A stretch of DNA of 64,000 nucleotides from Candidatus Eiseniibacteriota bacterium (GTDB taxonomy: Bacteria; Eisenbacteria; RBG-16-71-46), in assembly GCA_963725865.1 (NCBI GenBank), contig CAVSAC010000010.1, forward strand, positions 928,001-992,000, written 5' to 3'. This document shows, piece by piece, positions 52,315-62,361 of the stretch (position 1 is its first letter; every line of letters begins with the position of its first letter). Position numbers and translations under genes: made by a program. The notes below the pieces were generated by a model. The model did no database searches and had not been told where the DNA came from. It saw nothing but the letters and a program-made list of their open reading frames with translations.

Positions 52315-53282
52315 CCGGCGACCTCCCGCGAGCGGGGCATCGGATGCGCCAGGCGCCCGGCCACGTCCTCGATCAGCGCCCAGACGTGGGCCGCCCGCGC
52401 CCGCCGCCACGCCACGAACGGCGCCAGAACGAGGTTCTTGGCCAGCGTGAGCGAGAGGCTCAGCATCAGGTTCAACTTCAGCAGGCTCGCGACTGGTGCG
52501 GGGAATGCGAGGTCCCAGAACGCGCAGATGGATCCCAGGTTGGCGGCCGACGTGCCCTCGGCGTCGAACGCGCGACTCTGCCCGCCGAGATGGACGACCT
52601 CGGCGTCGGGCAGGTAGTCCAGGCACAGGCCCGCGCGTGCGGCCCGCAGGCTCCACTCCACGTCGTCGTAGCTGAGCACCAGACGATCGTCCAGGAACCC
52701 GGCCCGGGCGAACGCCTCGCGACGGACGATCAGGCACGCGCCGGAGAGCACCTCCACCGGTCCCGGGCGCGTGTAGCGTGCGGCGGGATAGGTGCCCGCC
52801 GCCCAGCGCCGCAGCGCCGGAACGTAGGCCGGCAGCTGAGTGTGCCCGAACAGCGCGCTCGCGAAGCTCGGCGCGCGGCGCGCACACGCCCACTGCGTAC
52901 TGCCGTCCGAATTGAGCAGCCGTGGTCCGACCGCCGCAGTCCCGGGATGACCCTCGAGGTGGCCGACTAGCGTCGCCAGCGCATCCCCGACCAGGAACGC
53001 GTCCGAATTGAGGGCCATCACGTAGCGGCCGCGCGCAGCGCGCAGCCCCTGGTTGCAGGCCGGCGCGTAGCCGCGGTTGCTGGAATTGCGGGTGAGCAAG
53101 ACCTGCGGCCAGTGCGACGCCACCCAGTCGGCGGAGCCGTCCGACGAGGCATTCTCGATCACGCGCACCTCGCGTGAGATCCCGGGCGCGCTCGCGAATG
53201 CCGCCGTCAGGCAGCGATCCAGCAGCTCCCGCGTGTTCCACGAGACGATCACGATGGTGACCTCGGGCGTCGGCTCAGACAT
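52308..53282 (-). CDS. Glycosyltransferase family 2 (rhamnosyltransferase-like)
   Basis: IVIVSWNT, ENASSDGS, NRGYAPACNQG, LNSD, SGACL, YDDVEW, HLGGQS. Confidence 0.88.
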   Translation of the reverse strand: MSEPTPEVTIVIVSWNTRELLDRCLTAAFASAPGISREVRVIENASSDGSADWVASHWPQVLLTRNSSNRGYAPACNQGLRAARGRYVMALNSDAFLVGDALATLVGHLEGHPGTAAVGPRLLNSDGSTQWACARRAPSFASALFGHTQLPAYVPALRRWAAGTYPAARYTRPGPVEVLSGACLIVRREAFARAGFLDDRLVLSYDDVEWSLRAARAGLCLDYLPDAEVVHLGGQSRAFDAEGTSAANLGSICAFWDLAFPAPVASLLKLNLMLSLSLTLAKNLVLAPFVAWRRARAAHVWALIEDVAGRLAHPMPRSREVAGC

Positions 53283-54759
53283 CCTGGCCTCCGTCCTGCG
53301 GCACGACCGGGGCCCGCAGTCGCGCCCGCACCGCTTCCAGCACCTGGTCGATCTCGCCGCGCGTGATCGAGGTCGCCGCCCACAACAGAGCCACGCCCGC
53401 GCCGACCGCGCGCCAGCGCAGGTCCGGGAACGGCATCGCGGCCACCGCCACCACCGCGGCGAACGAGCTGAGCAGCAGGCGCAGGTTCTCTGGCGAGAAG
53501 CGGAAGCCGTTCACGCGGCGCAGGTAGATCACGTGCATCGTCAGGTGCACCGCCCACGAGACGGTGTGCCCCCACACCGCGCCCCACAACCGGTGGCGGG
53601 CCGGCACGCCGAACAGGATCGCCGCGAAGGTGCCGTAGTGGATCACCGACATGATGTTGCGCGCACGGTGCCGCTCCTGGGGCAGCAACGGCAGCTGGAT
53701 GGCGAACGAGACCGCCTTGATCAGGTCGCCCACCATCTGCACGGGGAACAGCGGCACGGCGCCCATGAAGCGCTCCGAGAACAGCACCCGGATCACCAGG
53801 TCGCGCGTGAGCAGGACCAGCAGGATCCCGGCGGCGGAGAACAGCACGCCGACGCGCGTGGCGTGATTGACTTCGAGGTTGATCTCGGCGACGTCGCGCA
53901 GCTGGGAGATGCGTGGGAACGAGTAGGCCGTCATGGCGTTGAGCGGGATCGCGAGGTACTGCATCGAGATCGCGAACAACGCCTGGTAGATGCCGTTCTG
54001 CGTCAGCCCGCAGTCCTGCACGATCTGGGCCCGCAGCACGAATGGGAACGAGATCGTGAGCAGGAACGGGACGAAGTTCGCCGAGCCGAACCGCCACAGG
54101 CTCGCCATCGCCTCCCGGTCGAAGGGTGCCGTGGCCACCTCGTGGCGCATTTCGGCGCTCATCGTCCGGGCCGCCGTCCAGCGCGCGATCGCCCAGCCGA
54201 TGGCCGCGAACACCAGCAGGTGGATCGAGGCTCCCTTGAGGTGCCACATCAGCACCAGCGGCGCCAGCACCGCGAGCCCCGCGATCGAGGTGAGCATGAG
54301 GGCGCGCGAGTAGGCCCCGATGTCGAGCCCCGCCTGCACGAACACCAGCCAGGTCTGCGACTGCACGAGGAACGGGATGCCGAGGATCGGCGCGATCATC
54401 AGCACGGTGTACACGGGATCGTCGACCGCCCAGCGCGTGAGCGGACCGATGAACACCAGGCACAGCGCGGTCGCGAGCAGCGAGAGCCCGAGGAACAGCC
54501 GCGACGCGGTGGACACGAACGACCCGAGCCGCTTGGGTTCCCCGGTGCGGTAGAGCGCGATGTAGCGCAGCGCGCCGGTCTGCAGCCCGAGGGGCACCAG
54601 GCCGGCCGCCATCGTCTGGAGGCCGAACAGCTGCGCGAACAGCCCGACGCCGGTGGGACCGAGCGTCACCGCGAGCAGCTTGTTCCGCACCACGGACACC
54701 CCGGTGGTCGCGACCGTGGACATGCCGATCAGAAAGACCGAGCGCAGGAGCTTCCTCAT
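53275..54759 (-). CDS. Wzx-type oligosaccharide flippase
   Basis: RNKLLAVTLGPTGVGLF, FPRIS, about 12 hydrophobic segments. Confidence 0.82.
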   Translation of the reverse strand: MRKLLRSVFLIGMSTVATTGVSVVRNKLLAVTLGPTGVGLFAQLFGLQTMAAGLVPLGLQTGALRYIALYRTGEPKRLGSFVSTASRLFLGLSLLATALCLVFIGPLTRWAVDDPVYTVLMIAPILGIPFLVQSQTWLVFVQAGLDIGAYSRALMLTSIAGLAVLAPLVLMWHLKGASIHLLVFAAIGWAIARWTAARTMSAEMRHEVATAPFDREAMASLWRFGSANFVPFLLTISFPFVLRAQIVQDCGLTQNGIYQALFAISMQYLAIPLNAMTAYSFPRISQLRDVAEINLEVNHATRVGVLFSAAGILLVLLTRDLVIRVLFSERFMGAVPLFPVQMVGDLIKAVSFAIQLPLLPQERHRARNIMSVIHYGTFAAILFGVPARHRLWGAVWGHTVSWAVHLTMHVIYLRRVNGFRFSPENLRLLLSSFAAVVAVAAMPFPDLRWRAVGAGVALLWAATSITRGEIDQVLEAVRARLRAPVVPQDGGQDV

Positions 54760-56228
54760 GCGCCCTCCCTCCCGGGCGCCCAGGGGCGCATCAGCGCGCG
54801 GAGGCCGAGCGAGCGCCCGAACCACCACAGCACCGGCGCATACAGCGCGATCACGACCAGCGTGCGAGCCACCGCGGCCCCGACCGACTCCCGCGGGCCC
54901 GTGGCGCACACTCCGAACGCGGCCGCGCCGGCCCACGCGGCGGGCAGGAAGCTCGCGACCGCGAACGTCACTCGCGCGCCCGCGTCGTGCTCGAGATCGC
55001 GCGCGGCGAGGATCACCAGGGCGCCCGCGAACGATGCGTACCCGGCGCAGGCGGCGGTCGCCACCGCGGTCGGGCTGGTGGTGTGCGCGGTGACCCCGAA
55101 CACCAGCATCGCGGTGAACGCCGCGCACAGCGCGGACGCCGCGCACAGCGTCCAGGCACGGCCCTGCCCCAGCAGCCAGTAACCGGGCACCGACGCCGCG
55201 CTCAGCAGCAACGCGCCGAACGCGAGCAGCCGCAGCGCCTCGACGCCGCCGCGATAGCGCGGCAGCCACCAGCCCACGACCGGCGCGGCCCAGATCATGC
55301 CGATCGCGACCAGCAGCGGCAGCACCAGCGTGAGCGTGCGGTGCGCGCGCGCCACCTCGGCGCGGGTGCGCTCGAGGTCCCGCGCGCCGCCGGCCGCGGC
55401 CGCGATGCGCGGATAGAGCACCGCGGCCGCGGCCTCGGGCGGATACAGCACCAGCCCGGCGGCCGTCAGCCCGATGCTGTAGAGCCCGAGCGACTCCGGA
55501 TGGCCGGCGTGCGTGAACGCCACCCGATCCACCGAGCGCAGTACCAGCGACGCGAGCATCGACCCGAACACCGGCAGGCCGGCCCACGCCAGGGCGAGCC
55601 CCTCGCGCGACGGCGCGGGCAGCAGCGGCACGTCGCGCGCCGCGAGCCGCAGCCGCACCAGCGCGAAGAGCGTGCCGATCAGCCATCCGCCCGCGAGCCC
55701 CCACAGGCCCAGGCGCGCGACCAGGGCGAGGCCGAGCCCGCCCCCGATCACCGCCTGCAACGCGGTCGCCTCGCTCACCGGCCGGAACGTCCCGCGCGCC
55801 TTGAGCGCGGTGGCGTGGGTCTGGAACGCGAGTTGGCCGAGCGCCGAGCCGAGCAACACCACCGCCGGCCCGGCGCCGCCCATCACCGTGCTCTGCACCG
55901 TCCCGGTCGCGAGCGCGAGCCCGATCGCCGCGGCGTAGAGCGTGAACGCCGACAGGATCACGGCCCACGCGCTCGCGAGCATCCGCCGCGCCCGCTCGCG
56001 ATCGCCCAGCCCCTCGGCCACCGGCAGGCGGAGCTCGAGGCCCTGCAGCGCACCCGCCGAGGCGTAGGTGCCGTAGTCGAGCACCAGGCTGAGCGCGTTC
56101 CACGCGCCGAAGCCGGCCGGCCCCAGCACCACCGCCGCCACGAGCCCGCGCGCGAGCATCACGGCGCGCGCCACGTAGGTGGCGAGCACGACGCCGATCG
56201 AATCGCGGAGCAGGGTGCGGGGGGACAC
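54756..56228 (-). CDS. Wzx/MOP-family flippase
   Basis: RGLVAAVVLGPAGFG, SVDR, LGLYSIG, LYPRI. Confidence 0.82.
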   Translation of the reverse strand: MSPRTLLRDSIGVVLATYVARAVMLARGLVAAVVLGPAGFGAWNALSLVLDYGTYASAGALQGLELRLPVAEGLGDRERARRMLASAWAVILSAFTLYAAAIGLALATGTVQSTVMGGAGPAVVLLGSALGQLAFQTHATALKARGTFRPVSEATALQAVIGGGLGLALVARLGLWGLAGGWLIGTLFALVRLRLAARDVPLLPAPSREGLALAWAGLPVFGSMLASLVLRSVDRVAFTHAGHPESLGLYSIGLTAAGLVLYPPEAAAAVLYPRIAAAAGGARDLERTRAEVARAHRTLTLVLPLLVAIGMIWAAPVVGWWLPRYRGGVEALRLLAFGALLLSAASVPGYWLLGQGRAWTLCAASALCAAFTAMLVFGVTAHTTSPTAVATAACAGYASFAGALVILAARDLEHDAGARVTFAVASFLPAAWAGAAAFGVCATGPRESVGAAVARTLVVIALYAPVLWWFGRSLGLRALMRPWAPGREGA

Positions 56229-56256
56229 GAAGGAGCGCTCCTGGTCAGACTGGGGC

Positions 56257-56286
56257 TTGGTGTGGGAGTTCCCGCTGGCCTAGAAT
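56257..56286 (+). promoter_or_regulatory. Predicted promoter for a leaderless aminotransferase mRNA
   Basis: TTGGTG-N18-TAGAAT, 6 nt before ATG 56293. Confidence 0.55.
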
Positions 56287-56292
56287 GCCGCG

Positions 56293-57534
56293 ATGCAGAC
56301 ACCACCGCCGACACCGCAGACTGCCGGTTCCCCGTCGGATCGCGCGACGCTCGCCTCGCAGGGTGGCCGCCCGGTCCGCGATTCCTTCCTCCCGCTCGCA
56401 TCGCCGTGGATCGGCGAGCGCGAGAAGGCGCTGGTGCTCGAGACCCTCGAGTCCGGCTGGATCACCACCGGCCCGCGCACCCTCGAATTCGGTAAGCGCA
56501 TCGCCGAGCTGGCCGGCGCCCGCCACGGGCTCGCGGTGAACTCCGCCACCGGCGCGCTCCATCTGGGGCTGGCCGCGCTCGGCGTGGGTCGTGGGGACGA
56601 GGTCATCACCTCGGCGTACACGTTCGCCGCCTGCGTGAACGTGATCGAGCACGTCGGCGCGACCCCGGTGCTGGCGGACATCGAGCCCGACACCCTGTGC
56701 ATCGACCCGCGCGCCGTCGAGCGCGCGATCACGCCGCGCACCAAGGCGATCCTGCCGGTCGACTACGCGGGCCATCCGTGCGACTACGACGCGCTGCTGC
56801 CGCTGTGTCGCGCGCGCGGCGTGCGCGTGGTCGAGGACGCCGCGCACGCGCTCGGCGCCGCCTGGCACGGCCGGCCGCTCGGCTCGCTCGCGGACATCAC
56901 CGCGTTCTCGTTCTACGCGACCAAGAACCTCACGACCGGCGAGGGCGGTGCCGCGGTCACCGACGACGACGCGCTCGCGGAGCGCATGGGGCTGCTGTCG
57001 CTGCACGGGATGAACCGCGACGCGTGGAAGCGCTACACCGACACCGGCTCGTGGTACTACGAGGTGTCGGCGCCCGGCTTCAAGTACAACATGAGCGACG
57101 TGCTGGCCGCGATGGGGCTCGGCCAGCTCGAGCGCTTCGCGGACTTCCAGCGCCGGCGCGCCGAGATCGTGGCGCGCTACGACGCCGGACTCGCCGACGT
57201 GCCCGAGGTGCGTACGCCGCACACGCGCGCGGGTGCGACCCACGCCTGGCACCTGTACCCGATCGGGCTCGAGCTGGAGCGCCTGACGCTCGACCGCGCG
57301 GCGTTCATCCGCGAGCTGCGGGCGGAGAACATCGGCACGTCGGTGCACTTCATCCCGATCCACTTCCATCCGCACTTCGCCCGCACCCTCGGACGCCGCG
57401 AGGGGGACTTCCCGGTCGCCGAGGACGTCTACCGTCGCGCCATCACGCTCCCGCTGTTCCCGCGCATGAGCGACCAGGACGCGGATGACGTGATCGCTGC
57501 GGTGCGCAAGATCGTCGCCCATCACCGCCGCTGA
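56293..57534 (+). CDS. DegT/DnrJ/EryC1/StrS family sugar aminotransferase
   Basis: SGWITTGP, NSATGALHL, EDAAHA, FSFYATKNLTTGEGG, GFKYNM. Confidence 0.93.
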   Translation: MQTPPPTPQTAGSPSDRATLASQGGRPVRDSFLPLASPWIGEREKALVLETLESGWITTGPRTLEFGKRIAELAGARHGLAVNSATGALHLGLAALGVGRGDEVITSAYTFAACVNVIEHVGATPVLADIEPDTLCIDPRAVERAITPRTKAILPVDYAGHPCDYDALLPLCRARGVRVVEDAAHALGAAWHGRPLGSLADITAFSFYATKNLTTGEGGAAVTDDDALAERMGLLSLHGMNRDAWKRYTDTGSWYYEVSAPGFKYNMSDVLAAMGLGQLERFADFQRRRAEIVARYDAGLADVPEVRTPHTRAGATHAWHLYPIGLELERLTLDRAAFIRELRAENIGTSVHFIPIHFHPHFARTLGRREGDFPVAEDVYRRAITLPLFPRMSDQDADDVIAAVRKIVAHHRR

Positions 57535-57560
57535 GCCACGCGCGGCCCGGGAGCGCTCCG

Positions 57561-58565
57561 TCAAACCGGGTCCTCCGTCGCCTGCCCGAGCGAACCCAGC
57601 GAGAGCCCCTCGCGGTTGAGGTAGATCAGCCCGACGACCGTGATCGGCAGCCACTGGCTCGCCAGGTAGAACCACGAGAACGCCGCGGCCGCGTCGGCGG
57701 ACACCTTGAACAGCGCCAGCCCCGCCACGCACGCGGCATTGAGCGGACCGACGTAGCCGGGCGCCGACGGCACCATGATGCCGATCGCGGTGACGACCAG
57801 CATCAGCAGCGCCACGTCCCAGCCGAGCCGGATGTCGAGCGACCACAGGCTGGTCCAGATCGCGAGCGCGTAGATCAGGAACATCGCGAACGACAGGAGG
57901 AACACCCACACCAGCCGTCGCAGGTCCTTGAACAACCCGAGGCCGGCGATGAACTGGTCGAGCAGCTTCTGCACCTTGTCGCGCAGCCGGACCGGCAGCA
58001 TGCCGGTGAGCAGCCCGATGAAGCCGTGCGCGAGTCGCGGGCTGCGCTCGAGCAGGATGATGAACGTGGTCAGCGCCACGCTCAGCCCCACCAGCAGCAG
58101 CGCGCCCTTCTGGAGCAGCTGTGCCGCGGCGCTCTGGGTCGAGATCGGGTGCACGAACAGCGCGATGCCGAGCAGCGTGAGCAGCGTGAGCATGTCGACC
58201 GCGCGCTCGACCACGATGGTGGCGAGCAGCATGGTCTTCGACATGCCCTCGCGCCGCGCGAGCGCCCACGGGCGCACGAACTCGCCCAGTCGCAGCGGCA
58301 GCACCATGTTCGCCATGAAGCCGATCATGGTGGTGCTGAACAGGCTGTCGAAGGAGATGCGACGCGGCGTGGCGATCAGCGAGCGCCACCGTACCGCACG
58401 GAAGACGAAGCCCAGGATGGTCAGGGCCATCGTGCCCCCGAAGCCGAGCCAGTTCGCGTGCCGCAGCACCCGCAGCATCTCGTGCATCGACACGTGGCGC
58501 ATCGCCAGCCACACACACACCACGGAGATCACCAGCGCGATCAGGATGTTCAGCCAGCGCTTCAC
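57561..58565 (-). CDS. Lysylphosphatidylglycerol synthase TM / flippase-like (UPF0104) protein
   Basis: RAVRW, GFMANMVLPLRLGEFVR, VERAVD, PSAPGYVG. Confidence 0.88.
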   Translation of the reverse strand: MKRWLNILIALVISVVCVWLAMRHVSMHEMLRVLRHANWLGFGGTMALTILGFVFRAVRWRSLIATPRRISFDSLFSTTMIGFMANMVLPLRLGEFVRPWALARREGMSKTMLLATIVVERAVDMLTLLTLLGIALFVHPISTQSAAAQLLQKGALLLVGLSVALTTFIILLERSPRLAHGFIGLLTGMLPVRLRDKVQKLLDQFIAGLGLFKDLRRLVWVFLLSFAMFLIYALAIWTSLWSLDIRLGWDVALLMLVVTAIGIMVPSAPGYVGPLNAACVAGLALFKVSADAAAAFSWFYLASQWLPITVVGLIYLNREGLSLGSLGQATEDPV

Positions 58566-58939
58566 CGTTCCTCCCCTCCATGGACGGCGGTCCGGAGCGC
58601 CTCGAGCTCGCCTCGCACCAGCGCCAGCTCGCGGATGGTCTCGGCGAGCTCGCGCCCGAGGCGCGTGAGCCGCACCGACAGGTACAACAGCATCGTCGTG
58701 CCGAAGGCGAGTCCCACCAGGAACACCATGCTGCTCTCGTAGAGGATCCCGAGCGAGTGCGTGAGTCCGCGCAGCGCCGGCGTCCAGAAGCCCAGCACCG
58801 CGGCCACCGCGCTCGAGACCATCCACAGGAACGAGTACTCCTCGCCCAACCGGCGCCGGCGCACCAACTCCAGCACGGTGAGCGCGAGCACCACCGCGCC
58901 GAATGCGGTGATGATCTGGGTCCTCGACAGGAATTCCAT
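58562..58939 (-). CDS. DUF2304 family membrane protein
   Basis: RRRRLGEEYSFLW, LGI.Y, C-terminal RELAL. Confidence 0.82.
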   Translation of the reverse strand: MEFLSRTQIITAFGAVVLALTVLELVRRRRLGEEYSFLWMVSSAVAAVLGFWTPALRGLTHSLGILYESSMVFLVGLAFGTTMLLYLSVRLTRLGRELAETIRELALVRGELEALRTAVHGGEER

Positions 58940-58955
58940 GGACGCTCCTCCGCGG

Positions 58956-59660
58956 TCAGCCGCGCCGCTGCACCAGGGCCATGAGCGATGCGAGCAGGTT
59001 CTTGTACGGGTAGTACAGCTGCTTTCCGAGCGTGTAGAACGAGCGTCCAGCGACCCGCTCGCGCATCTCCACCGGGATCTCCACCAGGCGGAACCCCCGG
59101 CGGGCGAGCGCGATCAGGAGCGGCGCGTCCGGGAAGTCCGCCGGGAAGTCGTGCTGGCACACCTCCATCACCGCTCGTCCGTAGGCCCGAAACCCCGACG
59201 TGGTGTCCGTGAGCCGCCCGCCGACCGCGATGCGCACCACCCACGCGAACAGCACCATGCCGGCCCGGCGAAGCAGCGGTGCATGGTACGCGGTGTGGGC
59301 CACGTAGCGCGAGCCGATACCGACGTCGGCCCGGCCGGCCAGCACCGGCTCGACGACCGCCGCCAGCGCCGGGGCCGGATGCTGGCCGTCGGCGTCGAAC
59401 TGCACCGCGACCTCGTAGCCCCGCGCCGCTCCGTAGCGGAATCCGGTCTGGAGCGCCGCCCCCACGCCGAGATTCACGGCGTGGCGCAGCACCGGGACGC
59501 CGAGCGCGCGCGCGACGTTCGCGGTGCCGTCGCGCGAGCCGTCGTCCACCACCAGCACGTCGAAGTCGGGCGCGACGCGGCGGAGCTCCGCCAGCGTCGT
59601 GGGCAGGCTCTGCTCCTCGTTCATCGCGGGCACGATGACGAGCACGCGGGCCGGGCTCAC
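58956..59660 (-). CDS. Glycosyltransferase family 2 (polyprenol-phosphate sugar synthase-like)
   Basis: VPAMNEE, VDDGSRDGT, NLGVGAALQTGF, FDADGQH, DTTSGFRA. Confidence 0.9.
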   Translation of the reverse strand: MSPARVLVIVPAMNEEQSLPTTLAELRRVAPDFDVLVVDDGSRDGTANVARALGVPVLRHAVNLGVGAALQTGFRYGAARGYEVAVQFDADGQHPAPALAAVVEPVLAGRADVGIGSRYVAHTAYHAPLLRRAGMVLFAWVVRIAVGGRLTDTTSGFRAYGRAVMEVCQHDFPADFPDAPLLIALARRGFRLVEIPVEMRERVAGRSFYTLGKQLYYPYKNLLASLMALVQRRG

Positions 59661-61210
59661 GCGGGCCTCCGCACCACCACCCGCGCGAACGACAGGGTCC
59701 GCGTGCGCATCCGGCGCAACAATTCGTTCGTGAGCGGCAGCGCCTCGAGCTTCTCGAGATCGTAGCGCACGACCAGGCCGGTCGCGCCCGCGGCGACCAC
59801 CGCGAGGGGGATCAGCAGGACGCGGACCCCGAGTCCGAACGCGAACGGCAGGCGCTCGGCGCCGAGCGCGATCGCCAGCAGCGGGACCAGCAGGGCCGCG
59901 CTCACCAGCGCGGAGCGCGTCCGCTCGCCGGCGCGCTCGGGCATCAGTCGCACCAGCACCACGAGCGCCGCGACGTAGGAGATCACCGCGCCGATCAGGT
60001 TCGCCCATGCCGCGCCCGCCGTCGCGAGCGCCGGCACCAGCAGGAAGTAGGAGCCGAACTCGGCCACGAACTTGGACAGCGCGAGCCCGAGCACGGTGCC
60101 CGGCCGCCGCATGGCCTGGAACAGCATGGTGAGCGGCTGCTGCGCGGTGCGGGCCGCCGGCACCAGCGCCAGCACCCGCAGCAGCGGGATCGCGGGCTCG
60201 AACAGCGGACTGCCGACCAGGAGCGTGATCTCGCGCGCGAACACGAACAGCCCGAGGGCGACCGCGCAGCCGGCGACCTGGATCAACCGATGCGCCTGGT
60301 TGAACACGTCGGCCAGACGCTCGCGCTCCCCGCGCGCGACCAGGTGCGTGAGCGAGGGCAGCAGCGCCGAGGGCAGCGTGTACACCAGCTCGACCAGGCG
60401 TTCCACGGTCTGGAAGGCGAACGCGAAGAAGCCCAGCTGGGCGGCGTCGAACAGCTTCCCGAGCACGATCTTCGAGAGGTTCTGTCCCGACGTGAACGTC
60501 ACCCGCGCCCCGAGCAGCGGCAGGCAGTAGCTCATCATCGACTTGAACAGCGGAGTCCGACGCTCGTCGGGCGGCTCGCCCGGGGTCGGGCGCAGGGCCC
60601 AGAGCGGCAGCAGCGTCGACGCCAGCCCCTGCGCCACCGTGAGGACGGTGAGGCCGACGGCGAGCGAGACGAGACCGTGCTGCGTGTACCACAGCAGGCC
60701 GACCATGACGGTCTTGGCGACGTGGAACACCACCGCGACCAGGCTCATCGCGCGAAAGCGCTGCAGGCCGTAGAGCGTCGCGCGCCCGGCGGTCGAGAGA
60801 CCGTCGGCCGCCACCATGATGGCCAGTACCGGCAGGAGCACGCGCAGCTCGGGCGTCTTGTACTGGTCCGCGATGAACGGCGCCAGCGCCACGAGGACGA
60901 GGCCCGCGAGGAAGCCGAGGCCGAGCTTGAGCCCGAGCGTGAGCGCGAACGAGCGCCGCAGCGCGTGGCGGTCCCCGCGCGCGACGAACTCGGCGACGTA
61001 GCGCTCGAGGAACATCTCGAAGTTGCCGGTCGCGAGCGTCGCCAGCCCGGCGGCGGCGAGGGCGATCGAGATGATTCCGTACTTGGTGGGTCCCATCCAG
61101 CGCATCAGGAGCGCGACGTAGGCGATCCCCGAGAGCGCCGCCGTGGCCTTCTCGACCGTGAGGTAGAACGCGCCCCGCGAGATGTTGTGCGCGATCTCGC
61201 CGGGCTTCAT
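59657..61210 (-). CDS. Wzx-type oligosaccharide flippase
   Basis: RWMGPTKYG, LGFFAFA, LLPSL, about 12-14 hydrophobic segments. Confidence 0.85.
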   Translation of the reverse strand: MKPGEIAHNISRGAFYLTVEKATAALSGIAYVALLMRWMGPTKYGIISIALAAAGLATLATGNFEMFLERYVAEFVARGDRHALRRSFALTLGLKLGLGFLAGLVLVALAPFIADQYKTPELRVLLPVLAIMVAADGLSTAGRATLYGLQRFRAMSLVAVVFHVAKTVMVGLLWYTQHGLVSLAVGLTVLTVAQGLASTLLPLWALRPTPGEPPDERRTPLFKSMMSYCLPLLGARVTFTSGQNLSKIVLGKLFDAAQLGFFAFAFQTVERLVELVYTLPSALLPSLTHLVARGERERLADVFNQAHRLIQVAGCAVALGLFVFAREITLLVGSPLFEPAIPLLRVLALVPAARTAQQPLTMLFQAMRRPGTVLGLALSKFVAEFGSYFLLVPALATAGAAWANLIGAVISYVAALVVLVRLMPERAGERTRSALVSAALLVPLLAIALGAERLPFAFGLGVRVLLIPLAVVAAGATGLVVRYDLEKLEALPLTNELLRRMRTRTLSFARVVVRRPA

Positions 61211-62361
61211 GCGGCGGTCCTCCGCAGGGCCGCCACCTCGTCCTCGAGGTGCGCGCGCAGGTCGGCGATGTGCCGCACCCGGCCGGGGATCGGCCGGTTC
61301 GACCACAGCAGCGCCGCCATGTCGGGATGCGCGGGGGCGTAGCCGTGCATCGCGGCGACCGGCGCGGAGCCCATGAACGACGGGGCGAACAGCACGCCGG
61401 GATCGAGCAGGAACAGGTCCTCGCCGTAGGCGTGATCAGCGAACACCGCGCCCTCGCGCGCGAGCGTCTCGGCGTCGAGCCAGCGCCCGCAGCCGAGCGC
61501 TTCGTACGCCGCCCGGATCGGCGCGCGCGCGGCCGCCGTCCGCCACCAGAAGCGCGCGAACGTCGAGTCGAGGAACGGCAGGTAGTCGCGGCCGGAGCGG
61601 AACGGCAGTCCGGCCAGTGGCGCGAACGCGTTCACCGTGCGGACCACATCCACCATGCCGTGGTCGGAGATCAGGTAGAGCCACAGCGCCTCGCCGCGGC
61701 GCGCGGCCGCCGCCTCGAGACGCGCGATCGCGGCGTCGTAGCGCCCGAGCCGCTCGCGCACGCCGGCGCCGCGCGAGCCCTCGCGGTGCAGCAGCGCGTC
61801 GAGATCCGCCGTGTACAGGAACAGCACGTCGTCGCCGCCCTCGTCGAACGCGCGCTCGAGCGCGGCGAGGTTGTCGGCCTCGGGCGTGCGCCAGTTCCAC
61901 CCCCGCCAGCGCACCGCGTCGCGCGCGAGCACGTCCCACCACGACTCGAGCGGCAGCCCGCCGGGCGCGAAGATGTCGGCGCGCTCGGGCAGTTCGAACT
62001 CGGGCAGCAGCGCGAGCGGCACCTCGTACAGGTTGAAATATCCGCGCACCCCGCGGCGGGCGATGTCGCGCGTCAGCCGCTGCCGCAGCCGCCACGAGCG
62101 GGCGAGGCGCGGGGGCAGCCAGCGCGTCCAACCGAAGCCGCGGAACGTCGCGTCGCCATCGCGGGCGCGGCGATACATCAGGAAGCGGCCATGCTCGAAC
62201 GGCAGCCGCCCGGTGAAGATGGTCGGCAGCGCGCCGGAGGAGAAGCCCAGGATGGTGTCGAGCCGGCGGCGGTGCGCGAGCCCGCGCGCGAGCCCGGGGG
62301 CGCGCTCGGCGAGCGTCCACCCGAGGGCGTCGACGAGCATCACGACCATGCGGGCCCTCAC
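61207..62361 (-). CDS. Alkaline phosphatase superfamily (nucleotide pyrophosphatase/phosphodiesterase-like) protein
   Basis: LVDALGW, GFSSGALPTIFTG, DLDALLH, ISDHGM, AMHGY. Confidence 0.88.
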   Translation of the reverse strand: MRARMVVMLVDALGWTLAERAPGLARGLAHRRRLDTILGFSSGALPTIFTGRLPFEHGRFLMYRRARDGDATFRGFGWTRWLPPRLARSWRLRQRLTRDIARRGVRGYFNLYEVPLALLPEFELPERADIFAPGGLPLESWWDVLARDAVRWRGWNWRTPEADNLAALERAFDEGGDDVLFLYTADLDALLHREGSRGAGVRERLGRYDAAIARLEAAAARRGEALWLYLISDHGMVDVVRTVNAFAPLAGLPFRSGRDYLPFLDSTFARFWWRTAAARAPIRAAYEALGCGRWLDAETLAREGAVFADHAYGEDLFLLDPGVLFAPSFMGSAPVAAMHGYAPAHPDMAALLWSNRPIPGRVRHIADLRAHLEDEVAALRRTAA

